A DNA stretch of 63,810 nt, filler included, from Chiloscyllium plagiosum (lineage: Eukaryota), in the NCBI RefSeq assembly GCF_004010195.1. It is 3 parts of one record of this genome, joined end to end, with 100 filler letters (N's around TTAATTAATTAA, not from the genome) between each part and the next. Parts side by side here need not be neighbours in the genome. Positions count along the whole stretch, not along the records: positions 30,759 to 59,348 come from NC_057716.1; 2 more parts are not named here. One strand, written 5' to 3'. Under the pieces are notes generated by a model. That model was not told where the DNA came from and did no database searches. It was given only the letters and a program-made list of their open reading frames with translations. Positions 37,961 to 50,815 of the stretch are shown here, one piece after another. Every line of letters begins with the position of its first letter. The first letter of the stretch is position 1. The position numbers and the translations under genes were made by a program.

Positions 37961-38527
37961 TGTCATGCCTTATTTTGTAATGTACATTTTCTATGTGCAT
38001 CACCACAGCCCTCTTGTTCCAAAAAAAACTATTAATGAAGCACAGAATCTCTGTCCCTGGGCTTTAGTGGTGAGGTTACCCAAAACCTCCACTCTGGTTT
38101 GATGCCATTCAGAGTTCAGTGCACAGTTTGGACACCACAACCCAAGAAGAATGCTAGTCTTTGAAGGGGTGGATTTGCAGTACAGTGTTACTGGAAAGCT
38201 CCAGACAGTGGATGTGAAGAGTTATAGTGCAATGGCCATTTTCTCTGTTGCTTCTCAACAGTGTGGAATCAAATAGTTCAAAGTGATAGTTCTGCTCATT
38301 GTTCCAGACCAAACCCCACCTATTTACCATGATGACATGGTGCTGTTTGTTCAATAATGTCTGGTGTCCTGTGTTCATTATCTGCCCTGGCAAGTACTTG
38401 CTATTGCTCATCATCTGAGACTGCCCTAAACCATCTCTGCCAACCTGGGTCCTTTGCAACCTTGATCTTGTACCTTTTTTGCTGGCATCTTGGGTTCTCC
38501 CTCCAGCCAGTTAATGTTGTCTATCAG

Positions 38528-39016
38528 GTAAATAGGAAAGATGTTGTGAAACTTGAAAGGGTTCAGAAAAGATTTACAAGGATGTTGCCAGGGTTGAAGA
38601 GTTGGGGAGGAGACTGAATAGGCTGGGGCTATTGTCCAGACCATCAGAGGATGAGGGGTGACCTTTTGAGGAAAATTTAATAGGGTGAATAGTCAAGGTC
38701 TTTTCTCCAGGTTAGGGGGTAGTCCAAAACTAGAGGGCATAGGTTTAAGATGAGAGGAGAAAGATTTAGGAGGAATCTAAGGAGCAATTTTTTCACACAG
38801 AAGGTGGTGCATCTATGGAATGAGCTGCCAGAGGACGTGGAGGAGTTTGATACAAATACAACATTTAAAAGGTATCTGAATGAGTAAATGAATCAGAGGG
38901 GTTGAAGAGGGATATGGGCCAAATGCTGTCAAGTGGGACTAGAGTAATGTAGAATCTCTGTTCGGCATGAATGAGTTGGACCAAAGGATCTGTTTCTGTG
39001 CATTACATCTCTATGT
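38528..39016 (+). mobile_element. CR1 3' end
   Basis: RKDVVKLERVQKRFTRMLPGL...; tail catctctatg. Confidence 0.88.
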
Positions 39017-39884
39017 AGTGAGTATGTCTATATAGTCCCTTCAAAGACCTAGGGCTCTCTTGCGATTAAGGAACACCAGGTTATCAGCTTGCTTCCCTCA
39101 GTGCCTGCAATGAGGTTTGACTCAAAAGTCCTCTGTATGTTAAGCATGAGTCAGTGGTATTGCTGGCAAATATGTTATCTCTTGATTAAACAACACACAT
39201 ACCAATTATATGCGTCATTGTTGTCTGTGGGATCTTGCTGATTGCTACATTCCCTACGTTCAAACCTTACTCAGTTGGCTGTCAGGCACTTTGGGACATC
39301 CCATCATCAAGCAAGGTGCTCTTTATCTCTGTGTTGGTTTCAGCACCACGTTGCTGCTGTGGTTGTATGTCGGAATTCTTTTGAGCGAATGATATGAACT
39401 GACTGGCAACCATATCAAACCGAGCAGCTTAACTCTAAGCAATCTAATAGATTGCCCTTTTAGCCTGAGAGTATTTTGAATGCTCATTTGTAATCAATGT
39501 ATAGATGCTTTGGAGATTGTAGACAAAGAAATTGAAACCAAATCACTTTGGGGTAAGGCCGCCTTGTTCCAGTAAGGAGGAGAGGGGTTTTTTGGGGGGT
39601 GTTGTTCAATCACAGTGGCCTCACCTGGAGTTGAAAGTGGGTTTATTTAGAGTCTTGTCTGAAAAATAGTCTCTGCTTGACACCCACCCCCCCGCCAAAA
39701 ACAAACTTCAGGATATTGAGATCTATATTATGTAAATGCACCCTTAAGGTGCTGTTTGGCTCCTCCAACGGTCAATCATCCAAAATTTGGACTGACCTTT
39801 ATTTTTTTAAAAAACTGAACATTCTAGAAATGTAACCACACACACTGGAAGTTCATTTTTAATAAACGGGCTGTTTCCCAAGTT

Positions 39885-40580
39885 ATAGAATCATACAGCA
39901 CAGAAGGAGCCCATTTGGTCCATCATTCATTTACTGCCACTTTGAAAGAGCTATCCAATTCGTCCCTCAGCCCCTGCTCTTTCTCCATAGCATTTCAGTT
40001 TTCTCCTTTTCAAGCATCTATCCAATTCAGTTTACAAATTCCTATTGATTCTGCTTCCACTACACTTTTGTAGCAACTCATTCTAGATTAACAAATTGCT
40101 AAGTTTTTTTGAAAAAATGCTATTCATCTCCCCTTGGCTTTTAATCAATAATTTTAAATCTATATTTTCTGGTTACTGCTCCTTCTGCCACTTTGCTTTA
40201 TAAAAAAAACACACAATTCTGAATATCTCTATTAAATTCCCACTAAAAGCTGGGAGATTATTCAGCTTCTCCAGTCTCTCAACATTGACTGAATTTCTCA
40301 TCCTTGGCATTATTCTGGTAAATCTCCTTTGTGTCCACTTCAAGGTCTACTGTATCCTTCCTAAATGCAGTGTCCAGAATCCGACATGTGGTTTTGAACA
40401 ACTTCCGAATATATCTTACTTTTTGCATCCATTCATGTAGCCTGGAGACCCTTATAGCTTTCCTTAAGGGCTTTCTCAACTTTTCCTGCTGCCTTCAAAG
40501 ACTTACATGCACTAATTCTTGACCCCCCCCCCCCCCTTAAAATTGGACCACTTAGTTTATGTTGCCTCCCTTCATTTATC
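39885..40580 (-). mobile_element. Degenerate CR1 3' portion
   Basis: tagaatcatacagcacagaaggagcccatttgg tail and reverse-complement ORF2 motifs. Confidence 0.7.
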
Positions 40581-42915
40581 AAATTGTCATGTTCACCATG
40601 GGGGACTTAAATTACAATGTGTGTATTAGTAGGGCAGACATTTTTAAGGCAAATTACTGCAAGACCAAGGTCCATCTGTCTTCTACTATACTGCTTGTGA
40701 GACATTCATGACTAATCACTGCAATCAATCTCTATCAATCGGTCTACAATACAGCACAGCAAGTCATAACATTAGTTTATTTTAGTTTATTACTTCTAAT
40801 TCTTGGTGTGGAGAGCTTTAGGACCCATATGACTAACAGAACAACAAAAAACAATCTTGAGACTCTAGGCCTTACAATAACCCTCCCTGCTGTCAACACC
40901 ACCTAGCCCCTGTTAAGCTGGCAAAAGTGACTACTTCTATTTTGTGTTTGGCTGAAGTAGCTGTTGAGAATTAATAGGCAGCATATGGCACATAGCTGCC
41001 ACTTGGCCCAGATGGGGACTGAACTCCTAGAAGTGTACGCAAGATTATGTATCTCGCCAGCATATATGGTGGCTTCTAGCAAGGCCTGTTCCCTCCTTCC
41101 TCCCCCACTGTTTATGTCATCCATTGCCATCCTTTATTCCCAAACCTTTCCTGACATACACAAGACATTACATACGAGAAAATCTGAATGTCATTAAAAG
41201 ATTGCTGGGCTAGCTTTGAACTGACTACCCTGCAGTGCTGTGGTTATTACAGGACATTGCCGGCTGCCCAATATTAAATGTGACAAGAAAAATGGACTCT
41301 CTTTGTTCCATTACTTTGGAGTTTTCAGTAGAAAACAGATCATCAAAGACGCTGTTGACTCTTTTACTTGTTTTCTTTCTCCCCCATCACTCCCTCGCTC
41401 TCTCTCTGTCTCTCAGCTGTTGAACACCTGTGTTTTGTTTCAAGTGTATACTTTTTATTTTGTTTCCTTTGTTGCTCCCAATGATGCTCACTCCTGTCTG
41501 GGTCAGGGTTGGGATTGCTATGCATTCTGCCGACCTTGCCATGACTGACCACTCTTTATGCTGATGCCAACTCAATCTGGTATGATGTATTCCTGGGAAA
41601 TTTGTTGCATGATCTCCCCAGCGTGTCCTTTTATTCTCTCACCTCCATTATTTTTGTTAATAAAAATGACCATGAGTATTAGGAGCAGGAATAGGCCATT
41701 AAGCCCCTCTGGTCTTGTCCACTTTTTGGTATGATCATGATCTAGTGTGGTACCAAAATAGTGAGATCAAAAGTGCAATAGCATTCCAGATGTGGTCTCA
41801 CTAAGAACCTAGGCAAATGTAGTTAAACTTCGCTAATTTTATACTTGATTTCCTCTGCAATAATTAACATAATGAAAGAAGGAACTATTTTTCTTAAGCA
41901 ACCTGATGATTTTTCTCACCACAATATCTGGAAAGTTAATCTTTTGGAGACTTATGGACATCTAAGCGATAGGAGACAGGGTAAGATAGTTGACTGATTA
42001 ATTATCCTTCCCAACCCAGGAGTCCATGCATTAATGCCTTAAACCCTTGCAGAAAATAGAGGATTGGATTCAAGATTTGGCTGCTTTCTCAGTGTTCATT
42101 AGCCCCGTTTTATCTTCAACCTCCTGATATAATTTTATTTTCACTTATTTGCAAAAGAATTGCAATATGGGTGTCACAACATGACATCTCCCCTCTAAGA
42201 AGTATCGTGGCCTTGAAAATGAGGCATCTTTTCTGTTTTCTCATCAACTGAAAAGCATGAAATGTTTGACATCCTTCCTTTCTGCTTAGCTTTTCCTCCT
42301 TTTTTTTCTCCTCTGCTTCCACTTTCTATTGCTTCTCTGCCTTTGTTTATCTTTTTCTTTTCTCTTTACCCAGAAGGCCTATCTTTTAAAAACAAAAACT
42401 GGACCAACTGGTTCCAAAACAGACCAGATCACAGACTGAGTTTTAACATTCCAAGGAATGGGAGTGTCCGTTGGAACCAAACGCTCAGGGCCTCATCTTT
42501 TTAGCCTGGGGCATGCCCAGTCCCAGAGATAGGACATGGGAATGACTGGCCCCTTCAAATAAATACCTTGGCTAGTTTTTGGTCAGAAGACACACTAGAA
42601 GGATTTTTTCCAACTGTGTATGGACAACATAACTCGAATTGCTGCCCTCTCACTTTGAAGCTCGCACAGGCCCTGACTCAGACTTGCTTGTGACCTCTCG
42701 AGCCTCCAGGCTTTAACAGCATTGGATGAACCAAAATCGGCTGCTTTCAAGCATGGTTTTTGGCCTTGTACCAACTGTGAGGAAGTGTGTAATTAAATTA
42801 TTACTTTCATTACCAGAGGAAACTTGTAGTACTTGAATGTAGCCAGGATTGTAATGTAGGAGGTGTGTCAATTAGTGTGTGCTTTGGAAACTCCCACAAA
42901 CAACAATGTGAAAAT

Positions 42916-43009
42916 TATTCCTGATGAAGGGCTTTTGCCCGAAACGTCGATTTGGAAGCCCCTTGGATGCTGCCTGAACTGCTCTGCTCTTCTAGTACCA
43001 CTAATCCAG
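42916..43009 (+). mobile_element. Short Penelope 3'-end insertion with 14-bp TSD, containing an intact minimal hammerhead core (42921-42948)
   Basis: AACAATGTGAAAAT at 42902-42915 and 43010-43023. Core CTGATGA-A-GGGC(TTTT)GCCC-GAAAC-GTC. Confidence 0.75.
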
Positions 43010-43394
43010 AACAATGTGAAAATGGCCTGGCGATTTTGTTCTGGTGATGATGGGAAATAATGGGAAGGACAAAAGGGAGAACCCTTCTTACTCTTGAAAA
43101 TAGCTCCCCGGGCTTTCTTTTTCCGTTGAACAGGCAGATGCAGTCTCAGTCTAAGAATTCATTCAAAAGATGGCCTCTAAACTTCTAATAAGACGAGAAC
43201 GGGTGAATGCGGGAATGATGTTCCTGATGACCAGGGAGCTGTGTTCTCTTTAATTTTCTTAAAGTTGTATGGGCTTTCAAGGCCCATGTGCAGCAGTGAC
43301 TTCCAGAACTGAAAGCCAGTGCTGCAGTCGGCATGCCAACAGAATGGCTGCACGTGCAGCCCAGCGGAAAAAAGAATCCAGAAACTGGGCACAA

Positions 43395-43635
43395 TCTAAG
43401 CATGTGGGATTAGCCGTTTCGGACTGAGGCAAAAGAGAAATTTTGTGATGAGAGTGGTGAGCCTGTGGAATTCTCTGCCACAGAAGGATATTTTCGAGGA
43501 GGAGATAGATACCTTTGGGCTGAAGGAATCAAAGGAGAGGAAGTGGCAACATGAGACAGAGCTGGATGAGCAGCCATGATCATACTGAATGATGGAGCAG
43601 GCTTGAAGAGCTAATTATGTTTCCTACTTTCTGTT
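43395..43635 (+). mobile_element. CR1 3' end
   Basis: gagagtggtgagcctgtggaattctctgccacag...cagccatgatcatactgaatgatggagcaggcttg. Confidence 0.7.
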
Positions 43636-43639
43636 TCTT

Positions 43640-43970
43640 GACAGTGCTGCATTCTCAGTATAATGTTGGATGTTGTCAATGCAGCTCATTTGACTGCTCC
43701 AAGTCTCTAACTCAGATTTATAAAGAAGAAACATTTCGTAATTACATCGAATCTTTTATAGTGTTAGCATAAACCAATGTGCTTCCAGACAACAAGATTG
43801 TTTTTCAAATACTTTCTGGTTGTTACTACATTCCTGTTTGTGGGATCTTGCTGTGTGCAAATTGGCTGCTGTTTTTCCTACATTATGATGGTGACTCACT
43901 TCAAAAGTGCTCCGGCTGCAAAGCATTTGGACTACCCAGAGATCATGAAAAGTGCAATACAAATCTAATT
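43640..43970 (+). mobile_element. DeuSINE-type SINE fragments
   Basis: tgtttgtgggatcttgctgtgtgcaaattggctgctgtttttcctacatt...aaaagtgcaatacaaat. Confidence 0.65.
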
Positions 43971-44091
43971 TGATTCCTTTGAGTTATACTTTTTGTGGTG
44001 TAGGCAATTAATGCTGTACAACAATGAGAGAAATGGCTGACGTTAAGCATTAAATGATGATTAAAAGATTAGTATTATTTAGAATACTAAG

Positions 44092-45500
44092 CATCGATAG
44101 TCACAAGGGAGGTGCCGGAAGACTGGAGGTTGGCTAACATGATGCCACTATTTAAGAAAGGTGGTAAGGGCAAGCCAGGGAACTATAGATGGGTGAGCCT
44201 GAGGTCGGTGGTGGGCAAGTAGTTGGAGGGAAGCCTGAGGGACAGGATGTACATGTTTGGAAAGGCAAGGACTGATTAGGAATAGTCAACATAGCCTTGT
44301 GGGTGGGAAATCATGTCTCACAAACTTGATTGAGTTTTTTTGAAGAAGTAACAAAGGATTGATGAGGGCAGAGTGATGGACTTCAGTAAGGCATTTGACA
44401 AGGTTCCCCATGGGAGACTGGTTGGCAAGGTTAGATCTCATGGAACACAGGGAGAACTAGCTATTTAGATATAGAATTGGCTCAAAAATGAAAGACAGAG
44501 GATGGTGATGGAGGGTTGTTTTCAGACTGGAGGCCAGTGACCAGTAAAGTGCCAGTCCTGGGTCCATTTGGATGTGAGCATAAGAGGTATAGCTAGTAAG
44601 TTTGCAGATGACACAGAAATTGGAGGTGTAGTGGACAGTGAAGAGGGTTACCTCAGATTACAACAGGAACTTGATCAGATGGGCCAATGAGCTGAGAAGT
44701 GGCAGATAAATTTTAATTCCGATAACTGTGAGGTGCTGCATTTTGGGAAAGCAAATCTTAGCAGGACTTATACACTTAATGGTAAGGTCCTAGGGAGTGT
44801 TGCTGAACAAAGAGACTTTGGACTGCAGGTTCATAGCTCCTTGAAAGTGGAGTCGCAGGTAGATAGGATCGTGAAGAAAGCGTTTGGTATGCTTTCCTTT
44901 ATCAGTCAAAGTATTGAGTACAGGAGTTGAGAGGTCATGTTGCGGCTGTACAGGACAATGGTTAGGGTACTTTTGGAATATTGCCTGCAATTCTGGTCTC
45001 CTTATTGGAAGGATGTTGTGAAACTTGAAGGGGTTCAGAAAAGATTTACAAGGATGTTGCCAGGGTTGGAGGATTTGAGCTATAGGGAGAGGTTGATTAG
45101 TCTGGGGCTGATTTCCCTGGAGCGTCAGAGGCTGAGGGGTGACCTTATCAAGGTTAATAAAATCATAAGGGGCATGGATAGGATAAATAGACAAAGTCTT
45201 TTCCCTGGAGTGGGGGAGTCTAGAACTGGAGGGCAGAGGTTTAGGGTGAGAGGGGAAAGATATAAAAGGGACCTAAGGGGCAACTTTTTCACAGAGGGTG
45301 GTACATGTATAGAATGAGCTGCCAGAGGAAGTGGCGGAGACTGGTACAATTGCAACATTTAAAAGGCATCTGGATGGGTATATGAATAGGAAGGATTTGG
45401 ACAGATATGGGCCAAGTGCTGGCAGGTGGGACTAGACTGGTTGGGATATCTAGTTGGAATTGACAAGTTGGACTGAAGGGTCTGTTTCTCTATAATTCTT
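44092..45500 (+). mobile_element. CR1 LINE, 5'-truncated (RT to 3' end)
   Basis: GEVPEDWRLAN...KFADDT...LHFGKANLSRTYTLNG...RLRGDL; several indels. Confidence 0.93.
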
Positions 45501-46545
45501 ATAACTGGCTTGAAGGTAGAGGATGGTGGTGGAGGGTTGCTTTGCAGACTGGAGCCTGTGACTAGCGGTGTGTCACAAGAATGAGTGCTGGATCAACTGC
45601 TTTTTGTCATTTATATAAATGATCTGGGTGTGAATATAGGAGATAATCGTTAGTACGTTTGCAGAATGACATAAAATTGGAGGTGTAGTGAATCTCTAGA
45701 ATACAATGGGATCTTGATCAGATGGGCCAATAGGCCAAGGAATGGCAGATGGAGTTTAATTTAGATAAATGTGAGATGCTGCAGTTTGGAAAGGCAAATC
45801 AGAGCAGGATTTATACACTTCATGGTAAAGTCCTGGGGAGTGTTGCTGTACAATGAAACCTTGGAGAGCAGGTTCATAGTTCCTTGAAAGTGGAGTCATG
45901 GGTAGATAGGATAGTGAAGAAGGTGTTTGATATGCTTGCCTTTATTGGTCAGTCCATTAAGTACTGGAGTTGGGAGGTCATGTTGCAACTGTTCAGGTCA
46001 TTGGTTAGGCCACCATTGGAATGCTGCATGCAATTCTGGTCTCTCGGCTATAGGAAGGATTATGTGAAATTTCAAAGGGTTCAGAAAAGATTTACAAGGC
46101 TTTTCCCAGGGTTGAGCTACAGGGAGAGGCTGAATAGGCTGGGGCTATTTTTCCTGGAGCATTGGAGGCTGAGGGGTGACCTTGTTAGAGGTTTTTAAAA
46201 TCTTGAGGGGCCTATGATAGACAAGATTTTTCCCCCCAGGGTGGGGGAGTCCAAAGCTAGAAGGTGTAGGTTTAAGGTGAGAGGGGAGAGATGTAAAAGG
46301 GACCTAAGGGGTAACATTTTCACACAGAGGGTGCTGTGTGTGTGGAATGAGCAGCCAGAGGAAATGGTGGAGGCTGGTAGAATTACAATATTTTAAAAGA
46401 CATCTGGATGGGTAAATGAATAGGAAGGGTTTGGAGGGATATGGGTCAAATGCTGGCAAATGGGACGAGATTAATTTAGGATATCTGGTCGGCATAGACG
46501 AGTTGGACTGAAGGGTCTGTTTCCTTGCTGTATATCTCTATAACT
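45501..46545 (+). mobile_element. Second CR1 copy in tandem with the previous one
   Basis: Restarts at the RT motif (aactggcttgaaggtag...ggtgtgtcacaag) and ends ctctataactc. Confidence 0.9.
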
Positions 46546-46559
46546 CACCTGCTGTTCTA

Positions 46560-46750
46560 CATAGTACCATGGAGTCCTTTACATTCAACTGAGGGGGCAG
46601 ACGAGGCTTGGGTTGAACATCTCGTCTGAAAGATGGACCTCTGACAGTGCAGCACCCCCTCTGCAATGTCAGTCTGGATTATGTGTTCAAGTCTGTGGTA
46701 CAGGGCTTGTACCTCTGGTCCAGAGATGGGATATTACCAAGTTAACCACA
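46560..46750 (-). mobile_element. DeuSINE-type SINE 5' part
   Basis: aacatctcgtctgaaagatggacctctgacagtgcagcacccc...tcagtctggattatgtgttcaagtc. Confidence 0.6.
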
Positions 46751-46843
46751 GTTAGTTCTGGTTCATCTCTGTAAGCCTCAACAAAAATTACGTCTGTGTT
46801 GACCGGGCCTGCTTCAAACAGCAGGGCTACAAAATCATCCTCT

Positions 46844-46973
46844 AGGAGAAAATGAGGACTGCAGATGCTGGAGATCACAGCTGAAAATGTGTTGCTGGAA
46901 AAGCGCAGCAGGTCAGGCAGCGTCCAAGGAGCAGGAAAATTGACGTTTCGGGCATGAGCCCTTCTTCAGGAAT
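46844..46973 (-). mobile_element. Penelope 3' end with intact minimal hammerhead core (46942-46969)
   Basis: Reverse complement reads CTGAAGA-A-GGGC(TCAT)GCCC-GAAAC-GTC. Flanked by aatcatcctct / aatcattctct. Confidence 0.8.
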
Positions 46974-48209
46974 CATTCTCTGCAGGGTTTGGCATACCAT
47001 ATTTGGATTGAATTCTTTTATGTGGTGTTTGTTTTAAGCAATGTAATAATTTGTGCTAAACCCAAGCAAACAAAGGTGAATGAAACGGGGCATTGAGATG
47101 TTGGTTGTTGTGCAGTGTCCTTCTGAGGTTTGTATGTTTTTATTTAAAGAGAAAATAAAATCTCTTCTAATAGTATAGCTTATGGGTTGCTCTCTCAGCT
47201 TTTGTGGACTCTCAATCAAAGTCCAGTACAAAGGATGTTTGCAGTAACACCACTTTTTCATATTGTCCAGGTACAATTTTGTTTGTTCGTTGTCCATTTG
47301 TACAATTATCAGTGCAGCTAGAGACAGAGGTGACTGCAGTTTCATAAGAACTCGAACTCTGGAGATACCCAACAGGTCGAGTCACGTGTGAATTAATCAT
47401 CTGTGACTAACTGGTAATTCAGATTTGACTAATCCTGTTTCAGATGAGTAAATAAGAATGAGTAATACACATCGTATGCTTGAGCTTTTTTTTGGTGTTT
47501 GTTGGTAAAACAGTAAGGTGAATAACACAAGTGCTTTTCAATCACTGAGAGCTTTTCCATTCATGGTTATTAAATAAACATGCAGTAAAAGGACTTTGTC
47601 CTGATTGAGTGCAAAGCATTATCAACAATGGTTAGTGAATGTGTTGGATTGAACCTAAAGAATTGGAACAAAAGTAGCAGTTTGGTTCCAACTAGATGCT
47701 AGTGTGCAGACAGCACATGTCAATCGATGCAAGTTGATTATGATTCTCACCTCAACTAGATGGTGATGAAGTTCGACTACATCTGAGGCTCAAATTACTT
47801 TGACCATTACTCTGATAATTTATTCCCCCAACCTTCCAGTTTAGGAAAAGTTCCGGGTTAATTCTTCCCTTTCTTGCTGAGATCATTTCTTGCTTTAAGA
47901 GAATGTGCCTTGAATTGCTCATTGGAATATAGCAGTTGCTTTTTGTATCCTGGGTTCTGGAATATAAAAGCAGTAGGATGCCGTTCAACCTCCTGAGACT
48001 GTTCAGCTGTAATCGGATCTTAGCTGATCTGCATCTTTCTTCTATGTTTCTGCCTTGATTTTGTAACCACTAAATATCCTTTACCCAACAAAAATCTGAA
48101 ATTTTCGATTGAAAACTCCCAACAGCTTTCACAAGAACAGAATTCTAGATTTTCATTACTCTGTGTAAACAAGTTCTTCCTGCTATCACTCCGGCCCAGC
48201 TTTAATGGT

Positions 48210-48570
48210 TGAAGGAAAACAGTAGCCTACTGGTAAGGTCACTGGAGTTGTAATCTGGACAGTGGAGATAATGGTCTGGGACATGGATTCTAAGCCCACA
48301 ATGGCAGCTGGTGGAATAGATATAATTAATTGATCTGGAATGTGCAGTTAGCCTCCTTAATATGACCATGAAACTATAAGCAAATGTTTTAAAAATCCAT
48401 CATCTTCATTAATGTTGTTTAGGGAAGAAAATCTGCTGTCCTTACCTGGTCTGGCTCCAAACTTACAGCAATGTGGTTGACTTTGGCTGAGCAAGCCACA
48501 CAGTTCAAGGGCAAATAGGAATGGGCAACAAATGCTGACCTTGGCAGTAATGCCCACATACTTTGAATTC
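48210..48570 (+). mobile_element. tRNA-head SINE composed of the 5' and 3' ends of the LINE at 54481-57795
   Basis: Head and body align with 54481-54779 (...agcaagccacacagt). The tail tcaagggcaaataggaatgggcaacaaatgctgaccttggcag aligns with ~57740-57790. Confidence 0.75.
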
Positions 48571-49339
48571 ACCTACCACAGTAAATAGTTTTTCTGTTGC
48601 TTGACCTACCTAAGCAAATCCTATAACCAATGCAGACACCTCAATGAGATTACCCCTTAATTTCCTATACTGAAGCCATTCAGATATGTTGAGACATACC
48701 TCCACAGAAGATGAGACTTGAATCAAGACTCTCTTGCCCCACGACCACTGCTCTCCTACATACTATATTCACCTGAGATGTGACCGCTGGAATTGAATAC
48801 TATTTTTCTAAAGTGTCACTGTATGATAGCCCTACTTGTTGAATGTCATTTGGCCATCTCTGGGTGGATGATAAGCACACTGTGGTTGCTGGACTTGATA
48901 CTCCTCCCTCCAGGAGAACATACAAGTATGGCCAAAAGTGGTAGGCGGAATAGGAAATGATGGAAATGTGTGAAGTTTGCCACAAACTAATGGATCCACA
49001 GGTTATCAGAACACTGGGGTGAAAGGTTGTGCCTTTTGTGTGTTTTTATTAATTCCTAAATTTGGGAAGTGGCTGGTGTTGCAAATGCCAAATCCTTTCT
49101 TTGGACCAGTGGTTCCCAGAGCTCCTGTTGGGAAGAGGGATAAAAATTGAAGACCATGAGCTGGACTTGTGATCAGCTGCTGGTAGCCAACAGGTTGTGG
49201 GCACTGTTGGAAGCCTGAATGTGGACTGGCATTTGACCTCTGCACACCAATAGCTCGACAGATATTGGAAGGGGTCTTCACCACTTCCCAATTTGCATGT
49301 GCTTGGCATGAAATTATACTTATTTACTCATTTTACTGA

Positions 49340-49760
49340 CCTTGCAATGTATCTCAAGATGCCTTTTAGCCAATTAAATTTTTTTTTGAAGTGCAGGCAT
49401 TGTTGTAATGCATGTACCATGGCAGCCAATTTGCTGCATTCACAAGATGTGGGCATCATTGACCAATCTCAAATTGCACTGGAGAAATTGGTGGAGAGTT
49501 GCTTTCTTGATGATGACCAAACAATCTGTTTTCATGATGTTGGTTGTGGAATAAGTCTTGCCAAGTACAATGGGTGACCTTTCCCACTGTCCCTTGAGGT
49601 AGTACCATGGCATCTTTTACATCTATCTAAGAGAGGCCTCCATTTAACATCCCAGCTGAAAAATGACTGCTTGTGACTGTCTCTGCTGCATTTGCTCTGT
49701 ATTGGCACTGGATTGTCAACCTACATTGTGTATCTAACTCTGTGGAATAGGACTTAATCC
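49340..49760 (-). mobile_element. DeuSINE-type SINE
   Basis: ggcagccaatttgc...gtagtaccatggcatcttttacatc...tttaacatcccagctgaaa. Confidence 0.55.
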
Positions 49761-49999
49761 CCACAGCCTCCAAAAGAATAATACAGACCTCTGAGCTATG
49801 GCCAACACAGGCCAAAGGTTCTTCATGGATAAGGAATAAGAAATGCATCCAACATAGATTTCTCCACTTTCCCCTCATCATTGAATTATGCAAGAACAGA
49901 AGACCACTCAACCCATCATGCGTGCACCAGCCCCTCAAATCTTCCAATTAGATCAACACTCATTCCCTGTAGTCCACTATTTAGATCTTTTCCCTACAA

Positions 50000-50815
50000 A
50001 AGAGTAGAATCATACAAGTTACAAAGCAGGAGGCCATTCGGTCATTTGTGTCCATGCTGGCTTTCTGCAAAAGCATTTCAGCAATTCCCTTTTCCCTTCC
50101 CTGCAAACATTTCTCTTCAAGTGTTTGTTCAGCAGCTTTCTGAAAGCAATTATTAAAGCTGTTTGTCACACTCAAGTGTGGCCTTCACCTAAATCTAGGT
50201 TGTTAATGCAAATCAAACAAAGCAGTTCAAGTGTGTCCAATTTTCATTTCAAAATATACACATTTTAAGAGAAAACATCTGAAATGTTAAATATTTAGCT
50301 CCTGGAAGCCTACCAAAACCAACAGGAACATGGCATTAGAATTAGGACACTTGGCCCATTTGAGCCTGCTCTGCCTTTCAGCTAGATCATTGCTGATCAT
50401 CTACCTCAACGCAATTTTCCTGCACTATTCCCATCTCCCTTTATCTTTAACATTTAAAAATCAATTACACTCTGGCTTGAACATGCTCAAAGACTGAGCT
50501 ACCACATGCCTCTCAGGTCGAGAATTCTGAACATTCATCTTTCGGAGAGTGAAGTATTCATCATCTCAGCCCTACTCGTTATTCTGAAACTTTGTTCCAG
50601 AGACACCCTCCCCCTCCGCGAGGCGAATCATCCGTTTTGCCTCCACCATGTAAAAATTTACTTCCATCTTCTGAATTCCAGAGAGTATAGACCTAGCTTC
50701 CTCAATCTTTCCACTTAAGACAATCTGGTAAATCTTTCATTGCATTCTATCTATGGCAACTATATCCCTTAGGTAAGGAGAACAAAACTGTACGCGATAC
50801 TCCAGGTGTGGTGAC
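50000..50815 (-). mobile_element. Old CR1 3' fragments
   Basis: tagaatcatacaag...ggaggccattcgg; gcctgctctgcctttcagctagatcattgctgatc; ggagaacaaaactgtacgcgatactccaggtgtgg. Confidence 0.6.

Noticed and set aside
37584..38102. 172-aa ORF as a host gene
   Set aside because: It overlaps the degenerate L2 3' end and shows no domain similarity.
42262..42504. ORF containing NWFQNR after a strong polypyrimidine-AG, suggesting a homeobox exon
   Set aside because: Flanking residues (KNKNWT / PDHRLS) lack the helix 2-3 pattern and the basic RR.K.K tail, so this is likely a chance match.
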